IMG/VR virus record: IMGVR_UViG_3300045988_109836
Strand: one strand, 5' to 3'
Source: a virus
DNA: 64,000 nt
Shown here: in pieces, positions 44,701 through 54,800 of the stretch
Position numbering within the stretch: position 1 is the stretch's first letter
Layout: every line of letters starts with the position of its first letter
The notes under the pieces: generated by a model
What the model was told of the DNA's origin: nothing
The model's input: only the letters and a program-made list of their open reading frames with translations
The model's database searches: none
Position numbers and translations under genes: made by a program

Positions 44701-47160
44701 CCCATTCACCGTTACGACACCTTGTTTGGTATAATAACCTTCTTTTTGTACGGTCCAGTTGTAACCACCGGATATCCGGATAAATTGTGCCTGCCCACCA
44801 CTCGTGCTTATCGCTTCCGTTCCTATGGTAACCAAAGCATCGTCAAGCGGTGTATCGTTATCGTCCGTAACATAGAAATCAATCAAATAGCCTATCTGTA
44901 CCAAATCGACTTCTACTGTCACATCCCTATCCACGACTTCTACCGTTCCTTCTTGTCCTTTAAACTCTGTTTTTGACACCTTCCAGGAATAGGAACCTGC
45001 TATCTCCACAAACTTTGCAATACCATTACTTGCCGTTTGTAGCGTCGTGCCGTTGAAAGTAACATTCGCTTTTGCTACCGGTAATCCGTTGCTTCTCACG
45101 ACAAAGTTTATATTGTATTTCGGTATAGGATTAAATTGTATGTCTATAACCGCATTTCCGTATATGGTAAAATCCTTTTCTACGGTTATATATCCTTCTT
45201 TCACGACCTTATAATGATACGTTCCTGCCGGATATACAAACCCTGTTGCAAGACCCTGTGCATTAGAGCTTCCGGTTTGATTAGGAATATCCTTGCCTGT
45301 CACCAATACAGAGGCACCGGACACCGGGTCTACGCCATCCCTTATACGGAATGTCACGTTATAGTACGGTATCTTTTCCATCTCAATTTCTATGTTGGTG
45401 GAATCCACAATTTCCGCGTTTCTTCTTACCGTATAGTAGTCTTCGTATTCTGCCGTATATTCGTATATTCCCGGAAATACCTCGAACGTCGCTATGCCGT
45501 TTTGTCCGGTATACTGAACTTTTCCTGCAAACGTTACCTTCACGTTCTGCATCCAGTCTTTCGTTTCCTTGTCACGGACAAAGAATGTCACGACACGTTC
45601 ATAGGCAGCACCTTTCAACTGTATGTATTCTACCGCATCCTTGTCCACTAATAGAGAATTCTCTACGCTTTCAAAGTTATCGGCTTCCACCTCATAATAC
45701 CATTGTCCGCGCGGTAATATTATCTTTGCTTCTCCGTTTACATCCGTTACAAGCTCTTCCCCGTTTATTGTAATTCTCGCATTCGGTATGTACTTGTTCC
45801 GATTAGAAAACACCTTGAACAATATCTGATATTCCTCTTCTCCAATATATGGTCTTATTAATTCGCTGCCGAATATGTTCTTATATCCAACAAGGTAGTT
45901 TTTTAGGAAGGTCTCTACAGTGAATTGCTTCTGATATGCGTTGTTTTTATAATAGGCGGCTATAATATCTCTTTCCCCCAAATATCCCTGTGAAAACGGC
46001 AAATACAACGGCTTTACATGAAAATCGTAAATATATACATACGGCTGGTTGGAAGTCGTTCTTTCCTGCACGAATATCGGTGCTATATACTTCATACCCG
46101 GCTTTATTGACAAGGCACGTCCGGACGGGAAATTAAGCGCTGGCGCATTCAAAAACTTCTCGTTCGTTGACAACAGTATTCCTTTTATGTAGTAATATAT
46201 ACCGTCGTTCTTTATGTCCAGATATTCGTTTTCGTGGAACCATAGAGAGCTTCCGGTTATCTGTCCGTTCTCCAGTATACCCATAGGCAACGGTTCACCG
46301 TCTACCGTCTCATATCCTGCCACTCCAAATTTAAGGTTCTGGTTCTCTATTGCAGATACCTTTACTTGTAATGATATTTCGTATGATAAATTAGGGTCTA
46401 TGATAATAAGCTTGTCCAAGTCAACCCTTCCGTCTATACCTACAGTCTGGCTACCGAAAAAAGTCATTGCATTAAATATCTCTTCATCATCTCCGTTTTC
46501 GTCCTGGGTAATGCTTATACTTTCCGGTATCAATAGAGGGTAATTATTCAAGTCCTCTACTCCTTTTGTATATTCATACGCTTTTGATACGTTCATTACC
46601 GTATTCGTCCGGTCACATGTGGGTGAGCTATATCCCATCGCCCATCCTGTAGCTTCCGGTCTCAACAAGGCAAATATAAACTCGTCCAAAGAATTATACC
46701 TTATCAATCGCAACAACTCACCCAATATCTCACCTTCCTTGCTTATGATGTCAAGTCTTCCACGTTTTGAATATTCTTCCAGGTAGTTGTAAAATAGATA
46801 TTCCATTTGTTCCTGGCTATCTACCATATTAGTAACCAAACCTCTATTCTGGATAAACATCTCAAACAGAATCTGATTCGTGTCTATCTTCTTGTATTGC
46901 CTTGCATACAACACTATCAAAGCGAATATATGGGTTATAGTTCCCCAAAAGACACGGAAATCCTCGTTCTCTTTCTTTTTTAGGAACGTAGGCAAAATTC
47001 CCCTTCCTTCCAGTTTTTCGAGCACGTTTTCTGCCCACCGTATCACTTCCTTGTCGTTTTCCTCGAAAAAACGACTGAAAGGCAAATTATCATATATAGG
47101 TGTGGACTGGGGTAAAAATAATCCCCCACACGGGTTTTCTTTCTTTATTCTTTTTTCCAT
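41716..47160 (-). CDS. giant tail-fibre protein with about 10 Ig-like/CarboxypepD_reg-like beta-sandwich repeats and a C-terminal BspA-type LRR domain
   Basis: 1814 aa from the ATG at 47160. It has repeated modules of about 85 aa (...V.V.F.V.D....P...A.V...G...TD..G.A.F....G.Y.Y.V.K.GY...). The C-terminal repeats read F.xC.sL.s (FKNCSSLYSV, FEGCSSLKGV, FSGCTNLQSP, FYECENLTSI, FERCSSLLNV and others). Confidence 0.85.
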   Translation of the reverse strand: MEKRIKKENPCGGLFLPQSTPIYDNLPFSRFFEENDKEVIRWAENVLEKLEGRGILPTFLKKKENEDFRVFWGTITHIFALIVLYARQYKKIDTNQILFEMFIQNRGLVTNMVDSQEQMEYLFYNYLEEYSKRGRLDIISKEGEILGELLRLIRYNSLDEFIFALLRPEATGWAMGYSSPTCDRTNTVMNVSKAYEYTKGVEDLNNYPLLIPESISITQDENGDDEEIFNAMTFFGSQTVGIDGRVDLDKLIIIDPNLSYEISLQVKVSAIENQNLKFGVAGYETVDGEPLPMGILENGQITGSSLWFHENEYLDIKNDGIYYYIKGILLSTNEKFLNAPALNFPSGRALSIKPGMKYIAPIFVQERTTSNQPYVYIYDFHVKPLYLPFSQGYLGERDIIAAYYKNNAYQKQFTVETFLKNYLVGYKNIFGSELIRPYIGEEEYQILFKVFSNRNKYIPNARITINGEELVTDVNGEAKIILPRGQWYYEVEADNFESVENSLLVDKDAVEYIQLKGAAYERVVTFFVRDKETKDWMQNVKVTFAGKVQYTGQNGIATFEVFPGIYEYTAEYEDYYTVRRNAEIVDSTNIEIEMEKIPYYNVTFRIRDGVDPVSGASVLVTGKDIPNQTGSSNAQGLATGFVYPAGTYHYKVVKEGYITVEKDFTIYGNAVIDIQFNPIPKYNINFVVRSNGLPVAKANVTFNGTTLQTASNGIAKFVEIAGSYSWKVSKTEFKGQEGTVEVVDRDVTVEVDLVQIGYLIDFYVTDDNDTPLDDALVTIGTEAISTSGGQAQFIRISGGYNWTVQKEGYYTKQGVVTVNGENKRVEVQLKLVTYDIIFTVRINNQPVKNQPIVLGVGEEQQTANTDASGNAVFNRVPGSYPWSVTREGYETRTGTAVVINQPLAITVDLIKQTGRLTVKVIDIQTEAPIQNAVVTINGETRYSNNNGIAASWTLELGVWEWSASHQDYNPAKGNVNIKAGDNEYTIRMSEKAAVPYNVTFNASVGGVQASGAEIEVIGQGEPLITNELGLVTTQLVSGSYNYRASYRYCNDVVSSFSVYGNTQVPVNFTVKMVTLTIFVKDRYGSVVKNAQVTFNGQTQYTGQTGQCSFIVEAGTSGNAYASKLPEYTQGYTFVQVEETDTNATIILSVNLYRVYFTVVDDTGNPIERVKVVLGNESQYTTANGKATFGGYVPPRNFNWQTTKAGYQSQNGAVSVQDDDVYVNVTMPRNKCQVTYNVRTKNGSPISGVTIEDNVSSGVTSSSGSVSWIVPCNDTYAWVATSQNYFTERGNYTVGPEEFQKTINITMEDGAVLEVLVSNGMNLTLPVMNTTSTGLNNLRVKWGDGEQTIGTSSHTYNSSGTKIILFDFNGMQANLSWSASNFAGFQNCLTKVIKWFVEDVRTSWNKGAFKNCSSLYSVVSWTTSLMSGSTDSFFEGCSSLKGVPEGLFGFVSSGTFVQTYKDSGLSGPINLSSILGGSIINDYSYCFSGCKGISSVQGQLRTSSNGTFLDYMFSKCTGMSSISNDIGALNISSCQYMFSGCTNLQSPCRIVFKYFSGKRQVANAFCIDSGISSLPSNMFSGSVQELTMAQAFYECENLTSISSSAFNFSANRVFCDRMFERCSSLLNVSGVIIPNIVSALAMFKNSGLTTITSSLFSESTECYTYVECFSGCINLRTAGSQGNPVTPPGHSVSVSIKSMFEGCSNLQTSEYTFGDVTNSSGLNAFIESGVLKHVFNCVNTFKDCSSMTAQPRWVGKIGGATLLAAYMPLIFDLGRIFGAQIGFPSIDRIDGNGCFAGCTRMFSYEDYKKQHPSWF

Positions 47161-47239
47161 GTTGAGACACAATTAATTGCGCAGTAAAAATACGATTAAT
47201 TTTGGATATTACGAAAACAAACGCAACGAAAATACTGTA

Positions 47240-47320
47240 GAACCGTTCCACTACCTCAATCTCCTTTGTTCAAGACAGTACAATAACAATAGAGGCTCTG
47301 AAGGTAGGGGTGTGGGTGAA
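47240..47320. repeat. 81-bp inverted repeat, left copy (IR-L)
   Basis: It is the exact reverse complement of 50280-50360, verified base by base. Confidence 0.95.
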
Positions 47321-48773
47321 CAACAGAAGAGTAGAACAATATTCTACATATATAGGCATATATGATAAACCGTATAAAGGGGCTTATACTGGTGTTGTAA
47401 ATTTACCAAGTGAAGAAAGTAAATTGTATGCTATTAGTAATTCTTTTGGTATTGTATTCCCTATGTATTATAGGGATACATATATGGTTGGGTATTCTGT
47501 CTATCTGGCCAGTAGTAAATTTAATGAATGGCTTATAGCTAAGTTATATAAAGGTAATAATATATGGAGTAATAATTATCCAAATTCAATAGATGATTAT
47601 AATATTTTTGGTTTATCAATAAGTTATCCTTATTATTATTTTAAAGAAAATAATAATTCAGTAATTACATTTATTTCTTATGCAATTGACTTAAGAATAA
47701 CTTGGTATGTGATACTAATTTATGGAGATACCAGTTCTAAGTTAAGTTCATATATGTCGCAAAGATTTTATACCAGTAATGCAGTAGGAGACCAACATAA
47801 ATATTTTAATAATTATTCTGTAAAGAAATATGCTTCTGTTATTAAATGTATTCCTTCTTCAAGAGGTTATGTTTATATTTATACTATTGGAAACCACGGT
47901 AATTCTTTTTTTCGGATAATAAGAGGTGAAACATCGAATAATGGTTATCCAACTGAATATCAAATTAGTTATTTAGATATATCGGGATATCCTTACAAAG
48001 ACGAAGGTAGAGTAGAACATATGGGATGGTTAGTATTGAGAAGTGATAACGAAAAAGTGATTATTTTAGTAAAATCACAAGATAGAACATATGGAGATAC
48101 GCATGCTAAATTTTATTACGGAATATGGAAAGCGTCTGTAGGGCAATATGGAGAAAGTTTATTATCAAGTAGTAATTATAGATGTTATTACAACATTCCC
48201 TCTGCAATTACATCTGTAATAGGTGGTGATTACTGGGTATCGCCAGATTTAAAATGGTTATTCTACATATCACTAAGTGGAGCTAATTACCAAGGATTTT
48301 CTAAAGGATTACATACTATAAAAGGGTCATCAGCTCTTTTTGGAGATAATGGATGGACTGGAGTTTCTTATGAAATGGAAGGAGGAGGTACAGATATTTT
48401 AAACGCTTGTCAGAACTATTATATATTAGATGTTCAATTTAATAGCAAATCTGATAAAATAATGGTTCTTGGGAATTCTTCTAAAGGTGCATTTACAGAT
48501 GTGGAACCTCGATATAGTTATGCAGAAGGTATTCAACCAGATATAATACTTTATTTTATTTGGGTGGAAAATAAGAAAAAATTTATCAAATTAAATAGTT
48601 CTTTTATAGGAGGAGATGCGCTTTGGAATGATTATAATAACTCTATATCTGGAGGCAAAGGTAATGCCTATAAACCTTTAATCAATTTTGTAAATGGAGA
48701 AATTAACTTCATGTATCCTGGAGGGAATGAGCCGTTTAATGCGTATAGATATAATTTGAGTTTCGGAGATTGA
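47241..48773 (+). CDS. silent alternative C-terminal cassette for the 3420-aa fibre protein (no promoter or own start)
   Basis: It is the only plus-strand coding region. The frame opens right after the TAG at 47238-47240 and reads NRSTTSISFVQDSTITIEALKVGVWV through the IR, identical to the giant protein. It then diverges, and its last ~200 aa are paralogous to the giant protein C-terminus. Confidence 0.75.
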   Translation, partial: NRSTTSISFVQDSTITIEALKVGVWVNNRRVEQYSTYIGIYDKPYKGAYTGVVNLPSEESKLYAISNSFGIVFPMYYRDTYMVGYSVYLASSKFNEWLIAKLYKGNNIWSNNYPNSIDDYNIFGLSISYPYYYFKENNNSVITFISYAIDLRITWYVILIYGDTSSKLSSYMSQRFYTSNAVGDQHKYFNNYSVKKYASVIKCIPSSRGYVYIYTIGNHGNSFFRIIRGETSNNGYPTEYQISYLDISGYPYKDEGRVEHMGWLVLRSDNEKVIILVKSQDRTYGDTHAKFYYGIWKASVGQYGESLLSSSNYRCYYNIPSAITSVIGGDYWVSPDLKWLFYISLSGANYQGFSKGLHTIKGSSALFGDNGWTGVSYEMEGGGTDILNACQNYYILDVQFNSKSDKIMVLGNSSKGAFTDVEPRYSYAEGIQPDIILYFIWVENKKKFIKLNSSFIGGDALWNDYNNSISGGKGNAYKPLINFVNGEINFMYPGGNEPFNAYRYNLSFGD

Positions 48774-48785
48774 TAGTTTATAAAA

Positions 48786-48818
48786 AGCGTCCATACCAAT
48801 TAAAAAAGTATGGACGCT
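48786..48818. terminator. bidirectional rho-independent terminator at the centre of the invertible segment
   Basis: 11-bp stem AGCGTCCATAC/GTATGGACGCT with T-runs on both strands. Confidence 0.75.
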
Positions 48819-48826
48819 CGTTTTAT

Positions 48827-51800
48827 TTAATCATTAAAAGTAAGAGAAGCATAATATGCTGTCGCATTCTCACTATACGATGGATAAACATAACTCATAT
48901 CCCATGTGTTCCCTAAATAATTCTGGTTAATACTAAAGAATGGTCTCAATTTACCACTTCCAGAAGCGTTATATTTGTTCCAGAAATTAGTAAATCCTAC
49001 TATATTATATGGTATATTTATCCATTTACCACCATTTAGCATTTCAAAACAAAATATATTAGTAGGATGTATACCTTCTACATAGGAATTAGCAATAATC
49101 GCTCCTCCTTGTGCTCCCTTTTGTCCATTACAGAGAACAATCATTTTAGAACCATCTTTATTAAATATAACGTCAAGAACATAATAATTAGCAAGAGTGC
49201 TTCTTAATTCTGATACAAAGTTATCATTAATAGTTATTGATGTTGCAGCCCAGCCGTTTTCATTAACTAAAACGGAAGTGCTTCTTACTATATTTATTCC
49301 TTTCGACGCTCCCCCAGAACCCTTGCCAACATAAAACATAAATCTCTTATCTTTTGACATCCACACATTACCTCCCATATTGTTAGTAATAGAAGAAGGT
49401 ATGTTATTGTAACAATGCCAATATTGCAAACTACTACTACCTTTTATATAATTCCATGTAGAAGAACCTTTCCATACCAATACATAAAAATCAAAAGTTA
49501 GATTTTCTTCTGAAAAAGTCTTTTGAGGGCCGTATACAAACAATATCAATTGATGTTTGGACAGATTAATATACACTCTCTTGTAAAAGAATATATTGAT
49601 TTTTCTTCCAACAGTAGGCCCATTAACTTTTAAGCTATAAGAACTCATAGAAGAGCCGATATCCCAAGATTGAAGTCTTATACTAATTTGATTGTTATTA
49701 TTTGGTGTTTCGGGTATCGCAATTATTTCTTGACTATTAATGCTTTCATTAATTGAATTCACTTCTTCTTGTGTTACTAAAACACATAAAGAATTACGTA
49801 CAGAATAATTATTACTATTTTGAAATACTGAACCTAAAGTGCTATCATTATCGCCTTTTACATAATTTAAAAAGCCTTTTCTTATATTCAATTGCCCCCA
49901 TGTTAACCTATTTGCACCACTAAATCCACAACATACGTAGTTCAAGTTTTGAAAATCACCATTAGAAGAAGGACTTAAATAAAAACTACCTTGTATATGA
50001 CTATATCCATACAGTCTATATGAACCATTCGCTCTATTAGAATCAAAAAATGTTGAAACTCCATATACATTAGGGGAGTCAACGAAAAGAGAAGCTACCG
50101 TTTTTAGATTTATCATCTCTAATTCATTTACTTTACTGGGGTCATATGTCAATACAGCTGCACACGAACTACTTGGATATGTCTTATTTGCCTCTATAAC
50201 TGGTTCTACATATAACCCAGAATACGAATTTTTACGAGATGTTGCGTCTCTTCCGAAATTACTGCTGCTAAATTCGTCCTTCACCCACACCCCTACCTTC
50301 AGAGCCTCTATTGTTATTGTACTGTCTTGAACAAAGGAGATTGAGGTAGTGGAACGGTTCGGATAATTAAAGTTTCCTGTTCCTGTTCCTCCCCATGTCG
50401 TGCTTCCTCCAGCTTCCCACCAGTAGTTACCCGGCTTTATCTTCAAAACTACCTGTCCGCTCGTGTTTGTAGTGCCGCTGTATGATGTACTACTGTTGTT
50501 GCTTGACAACTTCACTATTACACCGCTTCCTACTCTTGAACCTGTACTCACGTTGTTTACGTTTATTGTTATCGTTACTTCACTCGGTGTCAAATTGATT
50601 GTCAAACCTCCTGTGTTATTGCTTGTCGTATTTGACGTGACGTATCTTGTAGCGGTTACTACATATCTATTTGTCAGTCCAGATACGTATACAGTTGCTT
50701 GTCCTGCGCTGTTTGTCGTTACTGTCTGTGTTGCATGTCCTGCACCTACTTCACCAGAAGTCTGGTAACTACCATTTATACCGTACATATTTATTGTAGC
50801 ACCACTTACAGCCGCACCTGTATAAATATTCCGCACTATCACCGTCATACTCTTTATTGCAGTAGAATAAAATGCTGTAGCGTCACTGTTATGTCCTATA
50901 TTGCTAAAATTATAATTAGGAGTGATGGAATACGGTGTTTCGGTTGTCGTTGTACCTGTCACGAAATAATTCGCCAATTTTGCCGTTATCGTTGTAGTAA
51001 GACCTGCTATCCATGTATATGTAGCCAAATAATACACTACGTTATTTGCCGTCAATGATACTGTTGTTGCTACTCCTGCCGTTGTAAATACTGGCTTTAC
51101 CAGATTAGCAGTTCCCCACCATCCTAATACTGGCGTCGAAAATGGTATTTTTAGCCTAAATTCTGTACCTACACTCTTCGTCAATCTTACCGCATTCTGT
51201 GTAGTAGTTGCCAAAGGCATTGTTATCGTCGTGCTTCCGGCTACCCAATAACTCGTACCACCACCCCATGACAATGTATATGAACCTACTATCATTGGAC
51301 CGAATGACACTTGACCGCTGCTGTTCGTCGTTCCGGAAAATGTAACAGAAGAAAGGCTCTTGTTCGTCAACGTTACCGGACATCCGTTCGCATTTCCTTT
51401 TACTGCTCCTTGATAGTAGTCCTTTATGGTGAATGTTATAGAAGAACTTGTCTCGCTCATTTTCAGACTGTATGGGCTTGCCTGTCCTGCTGATAATGTA
51501 CCGGATAACGAATTATAATTCGTTTTTGAGAATGAGTAGCTTCTTCCGATACCACTCCTGTATGCAGTCCAGTTACCGCTACTGTCTGTCGTTCCTGTCT
51601 GTCCGAAATAGGAACATGATACACCGCTTATGTTTGTTCCATAATTAGAACTCTTTATATTGAATGTAAGACGTGCAGTTATATTGAGCGTCATTGTCCA
51701 GGATTGATTTTCAGATACCCACGTCCATTCTTGGCTTGCATTACTATAGTAACTTGCATAGTTTTTCGACGTATAGGTGTAATTAATACCAGCATATACA

Positions 51801-54800
51801 GTATTTGACTTTTTACCGCTTCCGTCCAACGTTATTTCTCCTGCCGGGGCATTTGAACCAGTAGGTACACTTCTTACTATCACCGCCCCACTTAAAGGAT
51901 AAGTGGCGGTAATGTTTGGAATTTTCTCTACAACCGTCAATGTCACCGTCCTTGTCGTTCTGTTCATCGTCACTGTATAGGGTGATGTCTGTGTGGCGGT
52001 TACTGTTCCTACATAGTTATTGAAATACTGTGCCGTGGCAGTCATTTGTCTATCAAGTCCACTTCTGTAAAAATCTCCTCCAGATGCTTTTGTCTGTCCG
52101 AAATAGGTGATTGTTCCCAAAAGCGCATTACTTGTATTGTAAATATTTGCTACCGTATTAATAGTTATCTTCTGATTACAAGCCAGCCATACATTTATAA
52201 GTTGCCCTGCTGATGTATAGGTAATCTTCTGGCTCGCATTGCTGTAATAATTCGGTCTTGTTACTGGTGATATTGTAATAGGTGTACCAAGATAAGTCAC
52301 AAAAGATACACTACCGTTCGCATCCAACGTTAACGGACTTGTAGAAGCTGCTGGACTGAAATTCATCTTCATAGATGAGTATTGTTCCATTGCAAAATTG
52401 ACAAATGTATCTGTTCCAGAAGCTGCCTTTCTTGTTATTTTTACAGCATTTGAACCACTGCTATTGTTATATACATTTACGTTATTCATCCCTTTATCAA
52501 AAAAGAAGTCTCTATAGGCGTTTAGTATCTTGTCATAGGTACATTTACTTAAAATTGTAGCATCTGACGCATTTTGTACATTACTTCCAGTTATGTCGTA
52601 TACAGTAGCCATTTCGAGATACCATGTAACTGGTCTGCTTCCGCCATTCAGATAAAAGAAGTTGGTTGTTGAAAAACTTCCAGTAGAACCACATCTTACA
52701 TAATAGGCATAAGTATACCATCCCCCTGTTCCGTTTCCATTATTAGAATCAACCCATTTTCTTACTGTATTATCTCCTGTTGCATTACTTGCAAAAACCA
52801 ATTGTCTTCCTGCCGGAACCTTTGCTCTGAAATATGCTACAAATTCCTTGTTTGCTGCTGTTGGTGTACCAAGATAGAAGCCGCCTAATCCAGGCGTTAC
52901 GGCAGAACTTGCATCCGTAGTGATTTCAAGCATATATTTAGGAGTGACTGGTATAACTTCACTTACCGACAAACTTACTGTAGCGGTTGAACGTGTCATT
53001 ACTACATTGAAAGGTGATGCAGTGCTTGACGTTATACTGCCTCTGTAATTGCCGTGATAAGTGGCTGTAACATCTACGTTTCTTGTTACAGAACTTCTAT
53101 ACAACGACACATTACCGCTGCTGTCTGTCTTTCCCGTCTGATGGAAATATGATACCGTAGCTCCACTTAGATTTGTTCCACTCGGCACATTTGACTTGAC
53201 GTTTATAGTTATCTTTGCCGTTACCGTCAAATCCATAGTCCATGACTGGTTGGCGGCTGTATAGGTATGTTTCTGTGTCGGATTGCTGTAGAAGTTCGGA
53301 TGTCCTACTACTGTAAACGTCATTTCCGTACCTATATATCCGTTGAATGTCACTGCACCGTTCGCGTTCGTAGTAAGTGTTCCGGTTGTACTTCCTGCCG
53401 TGTATTTTATCTGCAAGTTCTGATAATAGGTTGTCTGTGCTGGCGTTACTTCTCTTACTACAAGTGTAACCGGATTGGCTGCACGTGTCATTATGATATT
53501 GAATGGGTTTGGTGAGTTGTAAGCTATCTGTCCGGTATAGGATCCCAGATTTGATGCACTTACTGATATATTACGAGTGTTAGCACTCCAATATAATACT
53601 GCATTACCGCTACTGTCTGTTGTCTTCGTTTGACTGAAATAAGTTACTGTAGCTCCCGACACATTCGTTCCAGGCACGTTGTCCTTCACATTTACAGTTA
53701 TCTGTTTTGCACAAGTGAGATTCATGTTCCATTTCTCACTGGATGTAGTAAATATATGTGTTTGTTGATAATTCGTGTAAAACGGTCTTCTGTCCGGTGC
53801 TGATATGGTGAATGTGATGGGAATACCTAAATATGCCTCAAAAGTGTTTTTACCTGCATCTACTGTTCCATTTCCTGCTGCGGATGTATAAGCAAGTGTA
53901 AAGTTGGTATTATTGTCAAGAATTACACTCGCACCACCTGGTATCACTTCATATTGCTGCACTGTCACTACATGTTTGTTTCTCAACATAGTAACATTAA
54001 GCGGTGAAGCCGTGGTAGGTGCAATGGTTCCATTTACTGTACTATAATCGTCCTTGTCAAGCGAATACTCTTTACTCAATGCAGACCTGTACAACGAAGC
54101 GTTGCCGCTCGCGTCCGTCTTCACTATCTGTTCACTGTACGCAACCGTTACACCCTGGATATTCGTTTTCGCATATACATCTTTTACATTTACAGTTATC
54201 TTTGCAGTCACATTCAAATCGAACTTCCAGATTATACCGTCTTCATTCCATGTATACTTCTGTGTTGGGTTACTGTAAAAGTTAGAGTAGGAATCAGTCG
54301 TGAACGTGTATTCGAGACCCTTAATCAATAACTCGTTCGTATATCCGTTCTCATCCAATGTCAATTTTATTGTTCCTGCCCTGGAAGTCATTGTTACAGT
54401 CTTATTTGCAAGAAACGCTCTTCCCGCTGTACCGTATATTTCCGATACCTGTATACCTGCGTTAATCAGTTCGTATTGTACTTCTACATCCAACACTGTG
54501 CCATTCTCATTCTGCGGATGTATGAATGTATCTGTAGTAACTTCACCTGCAAGTACGGAATAGGTGTAATTACCTATCGGAACATTCTGCATCGTAACTA
54601 CACCGTTCGCGTTCGTTTCACCCTCAAACACGAGGTCTTTCAATACAGTGTTTTGTATTCTTACCAAAATTCCGTCCGGTGGTAAAACTCCTTGTGTAGA
54701 AACATTGAACGTTACCGGATATGACTTTGCAGCCAATTCTATATCCATTCTCGTTTCCGAACCCGTAGGCTTGAAATTCCCGGTCTTGGTTGTATAATAT

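Larger units (their letters stand above)
47240..50360. mobile_element. putative invertible DNA segment (tail-fibre C-terminus switch, Mu G-segment-like)
   Basis: Perfect 81-bp IRs lie inside coding sequence. Two convergent paralogous 1453-nt arms are separated by a 53-nt spacer holding a bidirectional terminator. Confidence 0.6.

Noticed and set aside
51400-54700. Fibre module repeats as an assembly artefact (collapsed or expanded tandem DNA repeats)
   Set aside because: The modules are similar at protein level but differ at most codons, and the reading frame is continuous. Mis-assembly of near-identical repeats is therefore unlikely.
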